Shown in pieces: positions 41,170 to 50,634 of a DNA stretch of 57,712 bases. The first letter of the stretch is position 1, and the number at the start of each line of letters is the position of its first letter. Both the position numbers and the translations under genes were made by a program. Under the pieces are notes generated by a model. That model did no database searches, was not told the DNA's origin, and saw only the letters and a program-made list of their open reading frames with translations. Origin of the DNA: a bacterium (GTDB taxonomy: Bacteria; Actinomycetota; Acidimicrobiia; Spongiisociales; ZC4RG35); the NCBI GenBank assembly GCA_024641285.1, contig JAHEDH010000003.1:1-57712 (forward strand), in the 5' to 3' direction.

Positions 41170-41856
41170 GTGGGCATTCCGGTCCGAGTCCAGATCTACA
41201 CCGCACAGACACCCGCCGAGGCCATGGCGCTCGCTCGACTGGGCGTAGATCACGTCGGTGTCACACCCAGCGATCTCGGTCTTCCGGGCGAAGTGGACGT
41301 ACGCACCGCCCGTGCCATCTGTGACGCCGTGAAAGGGCGGGCGAGGGCCGTGGCGCTCACCGTGTCCACGGTCCCGAGCGAGATCGTCGACATGGTGAAC
41401 CGAGTCGATCCGGGAATCCTTCACCTGTGCGGGCCGCCCGGCGTGCTGTCGGCAGGCGACGTCGCCGACGTCCGGAAGGATCTCGGGGAGGTCGAGATCA
41501 TGCAGGCGGTGGCGGTGGCGGGGCCTGAGGCGATCGACGTCGCCGTGTCGTTTGCGCCGGTTGTCGACTACCTGTTGCTCGATTCGATCGCTCCAGGTAT
41601 CCCGGGCATCGGGGCCGCCGGGGTCGTCCACGACTGGGCCGTGAGTGCGGAGATCGTTCGGCGGGTGAGCGTCCCGGTGATCCTCGCCGGCGGGCTGTCT
41701 CCCACGAACGTCGCCGAGGCGATCCACATCGTCGCACCTTGGGGCGTCGACTCACTCAGTCATACGAACCGCCTCCTCCAAGGCGGAGGCTTCACGAAGG
41801 ATCTCGACCTCGTGAGGGCCTTCGTAAACGCTGCGACCGACGGCGGTTCCCCATGA
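41170..41856 (+). CDS. Phosphoribosylanthranilate isomerase-like (TrpF-fold) protein
   Basis: LLLDS, HDW, PVILAGGLSPTNV, PWGVDS. N-terminus VQIYT instead of the canonical VKICG. Confidence 0.8.
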   Translation: MGIPVRVQIYTAQTPAEAMALARLGVDHVGVTPSDLGLPGEVDVRTARAICDAVKGRARAVALTVSTVPSEIVDMVNRVDPGILHLCGPPGVLSAGDVADVRKDLGEVEIMQAVAVAGPEAIDVAVSFAPVVDYLLLDSIAPGIPGIGAAGVVHDWAVSAEIVRRVSVPVILAGGLSPTNVAEAIHIVAPWGVDSLSHTNRLLQGGGFTKDLDLVRAFVNAATDGGSP

Positions 41857-42794
41857 CTGTGGTCGTCATCGGGGACGCGAATGTCGACCTGGAAATCCGA
41901 CTCCCCTCGGACGCCGCCACCCACGCCAACCCCGACCCCGTGATGTCGGGTGGTGGTTCGGCAGCCAATACTGCCGCAGGCCTCGCCCGACTCGGAACCG
42001 GGGTCCGATTCGTGGGCACCGTCGGCGACGACGCCGCCGGAAGATTCGCGGTCGGCAGCCTGGCGCAGGCCGGAGTGGACGTGACGGGTATCCGCACGGT
42101 CGACGATGACTCCACGGTGATGGTCATCGTCGTGGTTCGTGACGACGGCGAGCGACTGATCTATGTCTGGCCCCCGAGGGGTGGCGCCCACGCCGCCCTC
42201 GACGCGTCGACGGCGACCGATGCCGTCCAAGGGTCGGCCTGGCTTCACGTCTCCGGGATCTGCCTCCGCGTGGAGCCGGCCCGCCAGGCGATGCTCGACG
42301 CCATGGAGCGCGCCCGCGGCGCAGGGATCCCGGTCTCGCTCGATCTCAACCTCCGACTGGAGAACTGGGGTTGGGAGGACGGGTTCCGCCAGACCGTCTC
42401 TGAGGCGATCGAGCGCGCCGACGTCGTCTTCGGCTCGTCGAGAGACGAGATCTGCGCCATGGCCGGGAGCGACGACCCGATCGAGGCGGCAGCAGCCATC
42501 GCAGGCGGCGAGCGCACCGTCGTGGCCCGTCTCGCCGAGCATGGGGCGATCGCCATGCATCGCGGCGTCGCCGTGTCCTCACCCGGGCTCCCGGCCGCCG
42601 TCGTCGATACGGTCGGAGCCGGAGACGCGTTCAACGCCGGCTTCATCTCGGCCCGCATCGAGGGTGCCCCGCTCGCCGAGGCGTTGCGGACAGGGAACGC
42701 GGTCGCAGCGTTCACCATCTCACGGTCAGGAGCCCGGTCGACTCCGACCCGCGCCCAGTTGGAGGCGATCCTGGCCGATCTCCCAGCAACCTGA
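41853..42794 (+). CDS. PfkB family carbohydrate kinase
   Basis: GGSAANTA, VGDD, DLNLR, DTVGAGDAF. ATGA overlap with the TrpF-like gene. Confidence 0.92.
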   Translation: MTVVVIGDANVDLEIRLPSDAATHANPDPVMSGGGSAANTAAGLARLGTGVRFVGTVGDDAAGRFAVGSLAQAGVDVTGIRTVDDDSTVMVIVVVRDDGERLIYVWPPRGGAHAALDASTATDAVQGSAWLHVSGICLRVEPARQAMLDAMERARGAGIPVSLDLNLRLENWGWEDGFRQTVSEAIERADVVFGSSRDEICAMAGSDDPIEAAAAIAGGERTVVARLAEHGAIAMHRGVAVSSPGLPAAVVDTVGAGDAFNAGFISARIEGAPLAEALRTGNAVAAFTISRSGARSTPTRAQLEAILADLPAT

Positions 42795-42836
42795 GCGCTT
42801 CGGAGCCGCCAGCGGCGCCACCTACACTCACCCGCC

Positions 42837-43667
42837 ATGCTGGCGGCCCAATCAGACGACGAGATCCTCGGTCAGTTCTCCGGTCTCGGGTGGCAGGACT
42901 GGGCGATCGCCGCAGGGACATTCATCGTCGGGCTGATCATCGCCCGGATCGTCGGATCCTTCGTCAAGCGAGCCGTCGACAAGACGCCGGCATCAGACTT
43001 CGTCGGCGTCGTCCTCAGCCGCATCACCGTCGGTATCGTCGGTTTTCTCGGGTTCTATTTCGCTCTCCAGTCTCTCGGCGTGCCCCTCGGTCCTCTGGTC
43101 GGCGCCCTGGGGATCGCCGGACTGGCGCTGGCCTTCGCTTTCCAGGACATCCTCGAGAACGTCATCGCCGGGCTACTGATGCTGATGCGTCGACCCATCG
43201 GGATCGGCGACGAGGTGGCAACCAACGACTTCGAGGGAATCGTCAAGGACGTGACGCTGAGAGCCGTGGAGCTGACGACGCTCGACGGGAAGACCGTGTT
43301 CATCCCGAACGCCATGGTCTGGAAGAGTCCCGTGGTGAACATCACCATGACCCCCGAACGCCGGACCACTCTCGAAGTCGGCGTCGCCTACGACTCCGAC
43401 CTCGATCAGGTCAAACAGCTGCTCGAAACGGCGGTGCCACAGGTCGACGGGGTGCTGGCGGAGCCTCCGACTAGGGCGATGGTCTATCAGTTCGGTGCGT
43501 CATCGATCGACTTCGCCATCCGCTACTGGCACCATTCGGACACGGCAACGACATGGCGGGTGAGGGACGAAGTCGCACGAACGGTCAAGCGGGCGTTCGA
43601 CGAGGCCGGCATCGAGATCCCGTTCCCGCAACGGGTGGTGCATCTCCCATCCAACTCCTCGGACTGA
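42837..43667 (+). CDS. Small-conductance mechanosensitive channel family protein
   Basis: GLALAFAFQD, PIGIGD, IPN, VGVAYDSD, IEIPFPQR. Confidence 0.92.
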   Translation: MLAAQSDDEILGQFSGLGWQDWAIAAGTFIVGLIIARIVGSFVKRAVDKTPASDFVGVVLSRITVGIVGFLGFYFALQSLGVPLGPLVGALGIAGLALAFAFQDILENVIAGLLMLMRRPIGIGDEVATNDFEGIVKDVTLRAVELTTLDGKTVFIPNAMVWKSPVVNITMTPERRTTLEVGVAYDSDLDQVKQLLETAVPQVDGVLAEPPTRAMVYQFGASSIDFAIRYWHHSDTATTWRVRDEVARTVKRAFDEAGIEIPFPQRVVHLPSNSSD

Positions 43668-43810
43668 ACCACCCGGTCCCTGGACTGGCGAGTCGTCGGC
43701 CGACCGACCGCGCTTCTGCACCACGTTTTTCGACGCACGCCTCCAACCTCCGGTTCTAGCCTCGCGCTCGGCGGTACCAAATCCCGCCTTGGCTGACGGA
43801 GGTGGTAACA

Positions 43811-44992
43811 ATGCAAGGTTCCATGCGCGCGCCCGCGCAACTGCTGTTCAGATCCGGGCTGACGATATTCCTGATCACGATCGTGATCGGCATCCTGAAC
43901 GGGATCGACGTCTGGCAGCCGCCGCGCGAACTCCTCCTGACCCACGTGCATGCAGGGACGTTGGGCTGGATCACGCTCGGCGTGATCGGCCTCGCGTTGA
44001 TCATGTTCGGCGGCGAAGGAGACGCTGACTCGGGGATGAGGGTCGCACAGGCGACCGTTGGTGCGACGGTCCTGTATCTGATCGCCTTCGCCACCACTAC
44101 GGGCGTGATTCGCCCGTTAGCTGGGACGCTCATGCTGGTCGCGATCGTCTACGCCTTCGCGTGGATCACGGCTCGGCGCAGAAACGCACCGAGGACGGTG
44201 GTCACTCTCGCAATGTATCTGGGCATGGTGTCGCTCGTGCTCGGCGCCGTGCTCGGCGTGCTGCTGGGGCTGTACATCGCCAACGGGTCACTTCCGGGAC
44301 TGGATGCCGACATGGCAGGGAATCTCGCCGGAGCGCACCCACCGGCGATGCTCGCCGGCTACCTGCTGCTGGTCGGATTCGCCATCGCCGAATGGCATCT
44401 CTCACCCGACCCCGCGACTGTCCAAGAGAGCAGAAGCGGGGTTGCGACGGCATGGGCGCTGTTCGTTGCCGGTCTGTTCTTCAACATCGCCCTCATCTTC
44501 GACATCGAGCCGCTCATCCAGATCGCCTCGCTGCTCCAGGTGCTCGCCGTCGTCGCGTTCGTCGTCAGGATGTGGCCCAACCTCGAGCCGGCGGCGTGGC
44601 GCGGCGGACATGCCCAGACGTTCGCCCGCTGGTCCGTCGTGTATCTCGTCGTCGGGATCGCGCTTCTCGTCTACATCGTCCAGCTGTTCGTCAGCGGTCA
44701 GCTCGACCCCGAGTCGGGGGAAGGCGCCCACATCCTCGTGGCGTTCGATCATGCGTTGTTCGTCGGCCTCATGACCAACGCGCTGCTCGCCACGACCGGG
44801 GCCGCGATTCGATGGGATTCTGTCCAACGCGGAATCGTCTGGGCACTCAACATCGGTGTCGCCGGGTTCATCGTCGGGCTGGTCACGGAGTCCAGCCCGG
44901 TCAAGCGGGTGTTCACGCCGATCCTGGGCATCGCCCTTCTTGCGGCGATCTACACACACATGATGAATCGCGACAGAATCGTCCCGGTGTGA
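43811..44992 (+). CDS. Hypothetical 12-TM membrane protein with intramembrane His residues
   Basis: GGAGG RBS. HVHAGTLGW, AHPPAMLAG and DHALFVG in three similar repeats. Confidence 0.75.
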   Translation: MQGSMRAPAQLLFRSGLTIFLITIVIGILNGIDVWQPPRELLLTHVHAGTLGWITLGVIGLALIMFGGEGDADSGMRVAQATVGATVLYLIAFATTTGVIRPLAGTLMLVAIVYAFAWITARRRNAPRTVVTLAMYLGMVSLVLGAVLGVLLGLYIANGSLPGLDADMAGNLAGAHPPAMLAGYLLLVGFAIAEWHLSPDPATVQESRSGVATAWALFVAGLFFNIALIFDIEPLIQIASLLQVLAVVAFVVRMWPNLEPAAWRGGHAQTFARWSVVYLVVGIALLVYIVQLFVSGQLDPESGEGAHILVAFDHALFVGLMTNALLATTGAAIRWDSVQRGIVWALNIGVAGFIVGLVTESSPVKRVFTPILGIALLAAIYTHMMNRDRIVPV

Positions 44993-45396
44993 GGCCCCTC
45001 GCCTTCGCCTGCCTGGTGGCCATCGTGGTGTTCGGAGCGTGCGCCGAATCCGGACCGACCGACGCCGACTACCTGGAAGGGCGCGAGGTGTACGGGACGT
45101 GCGCTGCCTGCCACGGTGGCAACGGCCAGGGCGGTGCGGGGCCCGCCCTGGCGATGGTGAGGGAGACCTTCCCGGACTGCGCCGATCACGTGAAATGGGT
45201 GAGCTTGGGCTCGAAGCGCTGGAAGGACACCGTTGGCACGACGTACGGAGCGGCCTCGAAGCCGATCGAAGGCGTCATGCCGGAGTTCGGCGAGTCGCTC
45301 ACGGCAGACCAGCTGAAGCAGATCGCGCTGTACGAGCGGGTGCGGTTCGGTGAAGCGGACCTCGACTCCGAGAAGGAGGCGTGCGGGCTCGACTGA
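44989..45396 (+). CDS. Cytochrome c lipoprotein
   Basis: Lipobox FGAC, heme motif CAACH, distal MP ligand. GTGA overlap with the upstream gene. Confidence 0.85.
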   Translation: MRPLAFACLVAIVVFGACAESGPTDADYLEGREVYGTCAACHGGNGQGGAGPALAMVRETFPDCADHVKWVSLGSKRWKDTVGTTYGAASKPIEGVMPEFGESLTADQLKQIALYERVRFGEADLDSEKEACGLD

Positions 45397-45405
45397 CCGT
45401 GGAGC

Positions 45406-46245
45406 TCAGCCGTCCTCGAGGAAACGCTCGATCTCCTCGACGAGCAGTTCTGCAGGGTCGATGCTGTCGTCGCCGGTCAGCGAGTGGCTCTCCAGTTCTT
45501 GCACGTAGTCGATGATCTCGCTGTCTGCCAGAGCATCGTCGACCTGCTGACGGAACTCTGCGGACGCCATCGTCAACTCCGAAGTGTCGACGGCGAGGTC
45601 GAGGATCTCCAGCACCTTGTCGAGAAGGGCCAGGCCGCCCGGCGGGTACTCCTGATTGGACAGGTAGTGCGGCACGGCCGCCCAGAGGCTGAGCGTCTCG
45701 AACCCGGCTTCGTTCAGCACGGCGTTGAGGACTCCGACGATGCCCGTCGGACCTTCGTACCCGGACGTGAACAGCGAATGACGTTCCAGCAGATCAGGCC
45801 GGGACGACGAACCGACCAGGGGGACGGGCAGGGTGTGCGGGACCTGGCCGATGAAGGCGCCCATCGTGACGGCGATGCCGACACCCAGCGTGTCGAGCAC
45901 GGTCACGATGTCACGGGAGAAGGCCTTCCATCTGGTGTGCGGCTCGTGCCCGGTGATGATGACGAGATCACGCTCGGCCCCGAACGGTCGCACCGCCCAG
46001 ACCTCACAGTCCGGCCACAGCACCTCGCGGGTCCCTTCGTGGTCGAGTTCGATCTCGGGGCGGCGCACCTGGAAGTCGAAGAAGTCGTCCGAGTCGATGA
46101 GAGCGAGGCGCTCACCGTCGAACTCGTCGATCAGATACCGGACGGCCATCGACGAGGACTCGCCGGCATCTCCCCAACCCTCGAACGCCAGCAGGGCGAT
46201 CGGGTCGCGGAGGGTCGGGCGCTGCTCCCAGATCAGTCGATCCAT
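45406..46245 (-). CDS. PAC2 family (proteasome assembly chaperone-like) protein
   Basis: AFEGWGDAG, DFQVRRP, GHEP, YEGPTG, WAAVPHY, EIERFL. Confidence 0.9.
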   Translation of the reverse strand: MDRLIWEQRPTLRDPIALLAFEGWGDAGESSSMAVRYLIDEFDGERLALIDSDDFFDFQVRRPEIELDHEGTREVLWPDCEVWAVRPFGAERDLVIITGHEPHTRWKAFSRDIVTVLDTLGVGIAVTMGAFIGQVPHTLPVPLVGSSSRPDLLERHSLFTSGYEGPTGIVGVLNAVLNEAGFETLSLWAAVPHYLSNQEYPPGGLALLDKVLEILDLAVDTSELTMASAEFRQQVDDALADSEIIDYVQELESHSLTGDDSIDPAELLVEEIERFLEDG

Positions 46246-46283
46246 GGCATCAGGCTACCGACTGCAGACGGGTAAGGAACCCC

Positions 46284-48023
46284 TCAGAGATGCCGCTCGA
46301 GGAACAACTCTGTGCGCTGCCAGGCGACGCTGGTCAACCGGGCGTCGTGGCCACCGGTGCCGGGCTTGTAGAAATCCACAGGCTGAGTGGGGTATACGTG
46401 GAACGTGGCATCGAGACCCAGATCGCGGAGTTCGATTTCGGTCTTGGCTGCATCTGGCGCCCCGGGAGGCTGCCCGGACGAGCTCTGATGGCAGAGGTAG
46501 GCCGCCTCCGACAGACGCCATCCCACGCCGACTTCTGCCCACGGCGAGTGCGGGCCGAACGCAACGACGGAGGTGACCCGCTCTTCGAGACCGGCGATCC
46601 ACATGGCCAGTGAGCCTCCGACCCCGAACCCCACCAGCCCAACGGTCCCCGAGGCGGCGAACCCGCCTGCGATGAGCGTGTCGATGGCGCTGGCGACCAG
46701 CCGGACCACGGCGTCAGGATCCAGATCTCCGGGTCCGGAGTCATCGGTGAAGAGGTCGACGGCCAGCGCCGAGTTGCCGAGCGCGGCGATCCGATCGGAG
46801 GCGTCGAGCACGTGATCGGCCAAATGGTCTCCGATGTCGGAGAGGACGACGACGGCATGGCCCCGCTCGACCACTGGTGCGATGAAGTAGCCCCTCCGAC
46901 CGAACCCGAGATCCACCTCGTTGCCCTGTCGGCCGGTCCACGGGACCGCGGCCCGCGTCTCGGCCTGATCTGCATCCCCGGACGGCTCCGGGACCAAGTC
47001 TTCGACGAGATCCTCCGGCTCGACGTCGACGATGTCAGAGGGACCTTCACGCGGTGCCACTTCGTGCCGGCCGCCTGGCTCGTCGGGCACCATCTCATCC
47101 GGTGGCTCCGCTGATTCGAATGAGCCGTCGTCAGGCTCGCCGACCTCTCCATCGGGTGCTGGTACCTCATCGAACGCGATGTCGGCGACCTCGAACGGTC
47201 GCACGGCAGGGCGTGCGGAGGGCGCCACGCGATTCCATGGCAACTCGTCCTGGGTGTCGGGGGGCCCGACTCCCACCAAGGCGCGGACGGCGCTGCCTGA
47301 GCGACCTTCGCCCGTCGAGAAGTGGTCGGCGCCCGCCCGGGCGACGTGCATGACACTTCGCCCGTACTCGCGTTCGAGCGCCAGGCCCTCGTCGAGCGGG
47401 AGGACGCTCCCCTGGATCATCGAGAGCCGGTCGGAGCGAAGCGTCGGCTGAGGGTGCTCCGCGATCCGGCTCGCCCACTCGAGCGCACCGTCGAGCGCCT
47501 CGGAAGGCTCGGTCACCATGTTGACCAGGCCGATCGCGTGCGCTTCCCCGGCGTCCACGGGACGGCCGGTCAGGATCAGCTCCATCGCCAGCCCGTGACC
47601 GATCAGCCGCGGGAGACGCTGGGTGCCGCCGTCGATCAACGGGACACCAAACCGGCGCTCGAAACAGCCGAAGACGGCACCGGAGGAGGCGACCCGGAGA
47701 TCGCACCACAGCGCCATCTCGAGGCCGCCGGCGACGCAGTAGCCCTCGATGGCGGCGATCGTCGGCTTGCCGACCGTCGTTCTGGTGAATCCCAGAGGGC
47801 CCTCGTCGTGGTCCTCGAGGTCGAACGACTTGAGGTCCGCCCCGGCGGAGAAGTGGCCTCCGGCGCCGTAGAGGATCCCGACATAGGCGGCGTCGTCGTT
47901 GTCGAATCTCCGCCAAGCCGCTCCGAGGGCGCGGGCGGTGGCGAGGTCGATGGCGTTGCGGCGCCCAGGTCGGTCGATCGTGATGATCGCGACTCGATCC
48001 TTCAATTGATAGGTGACGCTCAT
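46284..48023 (-). CDS. Enoyl-CoA hydratase/isomerase fused to a dienelactone-hydrolase-like domain
   Basis: N-terminal crotonase (FSAGADL, KPTIAAIEG, GGLEMALWCD), acidic Pro-rich linker, C-terminal alpha/beta fold (VGLVGFGVGG, AWQRTELFL). Confidence 0.85.
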   Translation of the reverse strand: MSVTYQLKDRVAIITIDRPGRRNAIDLATARALGAAWRRFDNDDAAYVGILYGAGGHFSAGADLKSFDLEDHDEGPLGFTRTTVGKPTIAAIEGYCVAGGLEMALWCDLRVASSGAVFGCFERRFGVPLIDGGTQRLPRLIGHGLAMELILTGRPVDAGEAHAIGLVNMVTEPSEALDGALEWASRIAEHPQPTLRSDRLSMIQGSVLPLDEGLALEREYGRSVMHVARAGADHFSTGEGRSGSAVRALVGVGPPDTQDELPWNRVAPSARPAVRPFEVADIAFDEVPAPDGEVGEPDDGSFESAEPPDEMVPDEPGGRHEVAPREGPSDIVDVEPEDLVEDLVPEPSGDADQAETRAAVPWTGRQGNEVDLGFGRRGYFIAPVVERGHAVVVLSDIGDHLADHVLDASDRIAALGNSALAVDLFTDDSGPGDLDPDAVVRLVASAIDTLIAGGFAASGTVGLVGFGVGGSLAMWIAGLEERVTSVVAFGPHSPWAEVGVGWRLSEAAYLCHQSSSGQPPGAPDAAKTEIELRDLGLDATFHVYPTQPVDFYKPGTGGHDARLTSVAWQRTELFLERHL

Positions 48024-48121
48024 CGAGTGGACCCCCGCTTCGAAGCACTACCAGGATGGCAGACATCGCGGTCGCGTCCAGGGATCTCGGGGGATTTATC
48101 CTCCTATCGAAAGGAGTCCCG

Positions 48122-48490
48122 ATGGTTCGCTGGTTGCATCTCGTCTCCGCCTCCGTTTGGGTCGGAGGCCTCATCACGTTGGGCGCGCTCGTGGCCGCGG
48201 TCCGACGCGAAGGGGTCGATCGGTCCGTGCTGCAGGCGATGGCGCGAATGTTCTCCCGGGTGTCGTGGCCCGCCATGGGCGTCGCCGTTCTCACGGGTGC
48301 CTGGATGGCGATCGACCACATCGACGAGCCCGCACTGGCGGTGAAGGTCGCAACGGTCGCAGTCACTGTGGGCCTGGCTGCCTACCACCAGTTCGCCGCG
48401 AGGAACCAATCGGCTCGAACGAGAGGGATCTTGCAGGGTCTCATCCTCTTGTCATCGCTCGGCATCGTCGCGGCCGCGATCGCCCTCTGA
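48122..48490 (+). CDS. Small four-helix membrane protein (CopD/DUF4149-like)
   Basis: AAGGAG RBS; WLHLVSASVWVGG...LTG...K...H pattern. Confidence 0.75.
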   Translation: MVRWLHLVSASVWVGGLITLGALVAAVRREGVDRSVLQAMARMFSRVSWPAMGVAVLTGAWMAIDHIDEPALAVKVATVAVTVGLAAYHQFAARNQSARTRGILQGLILLSSLGIVAAAIAL

Positions 48491-48492
48491 TC

Positions 48493-48566
48493 GGTCGGCA
48501 ACCCAGGGTTCCACACCACAATCGTTGTGGTCAGCAACCCTGGGTTCCACACCACGATTGTCGTGG
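48493..48566. repeat. Two tandem 36-bp palindromic repeats (REP-like)
   Basis: GGTCGGCAACCCAGGGTTCCACACCACAATCGTTGT / GGTCAGCAACCCTGGGTTCCACACCACGATTGTCGT. Confidence 0.85.
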
Positions 48567-48601
48567 ATCTCAGGTCACGGTTGCGAGGTCGGGCCGAACG
48601 C

Positions 48602-48632
48602 GAAGGGACCGGCCCTCGGGGCCGGTCCCTTC
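48602..48632. terminator. Terminator hairpin between convergent genes
   Basis: 14-bp perfect stem GAAGGGACCGGCCC-TCG-GGGCCGGTCCCTTC just after the bS22 stop. Confidence 0.8.
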
Positions 48633-48637
48633 TTCGC

Positions 48638-48727
48638 TCACTTGCGCTTGTGCCGGTTGGCCTTCAGACGCTTGCGATACTTGTGCTTCGACATCTTCTT
48701 GCGACGCTTCTTGACGAGCGAACCCAT
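48638..48727 (-). CDS. 30S ribosomal protein bS22 / AURKAIP1-COX24 domain protein (not in ORF track)
   Basis: MGSLVKKRRKKMSKHKYRKRLKANRHKRK; GAGGTG RBS. Confidence 0.92.
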   Translation of the reverse strand: MGSLVKKRRKKMSKHKYRKRLKANRHKRK

Positions 48728-48903
48728 GTGTACACCTCACTTGTGAAATCCGTGGCGTAGCTCTCCGACATTCCGGCGACGACGAGCGAACTCGCTGCCG
48801 GGACACTCCGGAGAAGGCGGAGCCATCGACTGCGGACGGTCGATGAGCGGTGCTCCTGGCCTATCCGTTACGACTCCACGGTACCGAACGGTCCTCTTCC
48901 AGG

Positions 48904-49755
48904 TCAAACTGCCCCGCGCACCGCGACCTCCAGCGGCCGGATGGCAACCGACTCATCGAGCGCGCGCCGCAGGTGTCCAACGACCAGATCGAGATCGGCT
49001 GACTCGACGATGGCAATGACCGACGGCCCCGCGCCCGACCATGCAGCGTGCACCGCTCCGGCGTCGACTGCCAGCCTGATGCGTTTGGCTACCTCGGGAA
49101 CGAAGGCGTTTCGTGGTGCCTCGTGCACCTCGTCACCGCCGGCTGCCCGGACCAGCTCGCTGTCACCCGCCAGCAGTCCGGCGATCAGTGACGCCGTCCT
49201 CGCCACCGTCGAGACGATCACGCCTCGTGAGTAGCTCGCAGGGAGCACGGTCCTCGCCTTGCGGGTGGACAGCGACTCCGCCGGAACCAGCACGACCGGG
49301 GAGAACCGGGGGTTCCACGGCAGCCGGTGTGCCACGCCGAGAGCATCGACGAGGACCAACCCGCCGAAGACGGCCGCAGCCGCATTGTCGGGATGGCCCT
49401 CCATCTCGGCGACCAACTCGAAGAGGGTCTCTGCGCTGTGCCGGTCACCAACCGCCCGCCAGGCAGCGAGCGCTCCGGCCGCCATCGCAGCGGATGAGGA
49501 CCCGAGACCCTTGCCGATGGGAATGGAATTCGAAACCGTCAATCGGAGCGGGCGATCGCCACCGACCGCCAACCTGGCGGCGGCGAGCACGGCATCGTCG
49601 GAGTCTGCATCCGGCTGCTGCTCCCCATCGTGGGTGACGGACCATTCAGGAGCAGGTGCGGCACGCACGTGACACCGCAATTCGAGTGCGAGAGCCAGGC
49701 AGTCGAAGCCCGGACCGAGATTGGCCGAGGATGCCGGCGCCGACGCCTCAGCCAC
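48904..49755 (-). CDS. thrB: Homoserine kinase
   Basis: PASSANLGPGFD, PIGKGLGSS, EGHPDN, SGAGPS. Confidence 0.95.
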   Translation of the reverse strand: MAEASAPASSANLGPGFDCLALALELRCHVRAAPAPEWSVTHDGEQQPDADSDDAVLAAARLAVGGDRPLRLTVSNSIPIGKGLGSSSAAMAAGALAAWRAVGDRHSAETLFELVAEMEGHPDNAAAAVFGGLVLVDALGVAHRLPWNPRFSPVVLVPAESLSTRKARTVLPASYSRGVIVSTVARTASLIAGLLAGDSELVRAAGGDEVHEAPRNAFVPEVAKRIRLAVDAGAVHAAWSGAGPSVIAIVESADLDLVVGHLRRALDESVAIRPLEVAVRGAV

Positions 49756-49793
49756 TGTGATCGTCCATGACGCGGCAGTCTATTGAGGGGACC

Positions 49794-50564
49794 TCACACC
49801 TCCAGAACGCGGACTTCGTCCCGGGCGACCTCACCGCCCACGTGGACGCCATGCTCGTCCCACTGCAGCTCGATCTGCGACGGATGCCCGATCTCCTGGC
49901 CCTGGTGGATCACCACCGAGCCGGACATCACTCCGCGGGCCCGCATCGAAGCGGCGAAGGCAACAGCGGCGCTCCCGGTCGCCGGATCTTCGACGACTCC
50001 GTGCTCACGCGCGAAGAACCTGGCGCGTATCCGCTTTCTCTCCTCTTCCCAAGCCCACACGTACACCATGCCGTCGTCCGGGGGACGGCCGATGACACTG
50101 ACGGCTTGGGGAGATTCGAGCTCCACCACGAGATAGGGCAGCGGCATCGCGACCTCGCAGGTGTGGACGGCGCCGAGCCGCTCGCCCACATCGCTCGAGG
50201 GGTCCGACACCGTCTGATCGAACGGGGGGTCGATCCAGGTGGAGCGCCCGACGTTGCGAATCGCCACTTCGCCCACACCGCACTCGATGCAGTCGGGGCC
50301 TCCGGGCCCGATCCGGGTGAGCACCCAGGCGGCGCCCACCAGCGGGTGACCGGCGAACGGGAGCTCGCTGGCCGGAGTGAAGATCCGGGCATGCGGATTC
50401 CCGCCCTCCCGCCAGTCGAGGAAGACCGTCTCCGAGAACCCGAGATCCGCCGCGATCGACTGCATGCCGTCTCTGGTCAGACCAGTCACGTCGGGAATGA
50501 CGCCCAGATGGTTACCGCCTTCCCCGTCCCGGGTGAAGACTCGCAGTACATAGCAATGCCGCAT
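49794..50564 (-). CDS. PhzF family isomerase/epimerase
   Basis: GGNHL, SETVF, ELPFAGHP, EDPATGSA, QG. Confidence 0.92.
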   Translation of the reverse strand: MRHCYVLRVFTRDGEGGNHLGVIPDVTGLTRDGMQSIAADLGFSETVFLDWREGGNPHARIFTPASELPFAGHPLVGAAWVLTRIGPGGPDCIECGVGEVAIRNVGRSTWIDPPFDQTVSDPSSDVGERLGAVHTCEVAMPLPYLVVELESPQAVSVIGRPPDDGMVYVWAWEEERKRIRARFFAREHGVVEDPATGSAAVAFAASMRARGVMSGSVVIHQGQEIGHPSQIELQWDEHGVHVGGEVARDEVRVLEV

Positions 50565-50634
50565 GCCCCGAAACCTAGCGATGCGCCGGGCGCGAGCCGT
50601 CGAAACAGCGGATGACCGCAGGTACTCTCGCGTC

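Noticed and set aside
48493-48566. 36-bp palindromic repeats as a CRISPR array
   Set aside because: Only two units, directly adjacent with no spacer, and no cas genes in the window.
49748-49768. Six-codon ORF (MDDHSG) overlapping the thrB start, as an attenuator leader
   Set aside because: No Thr codons or attenuator hairpins. It could be chance or a start-region frameshift, which cannot be resolved here.
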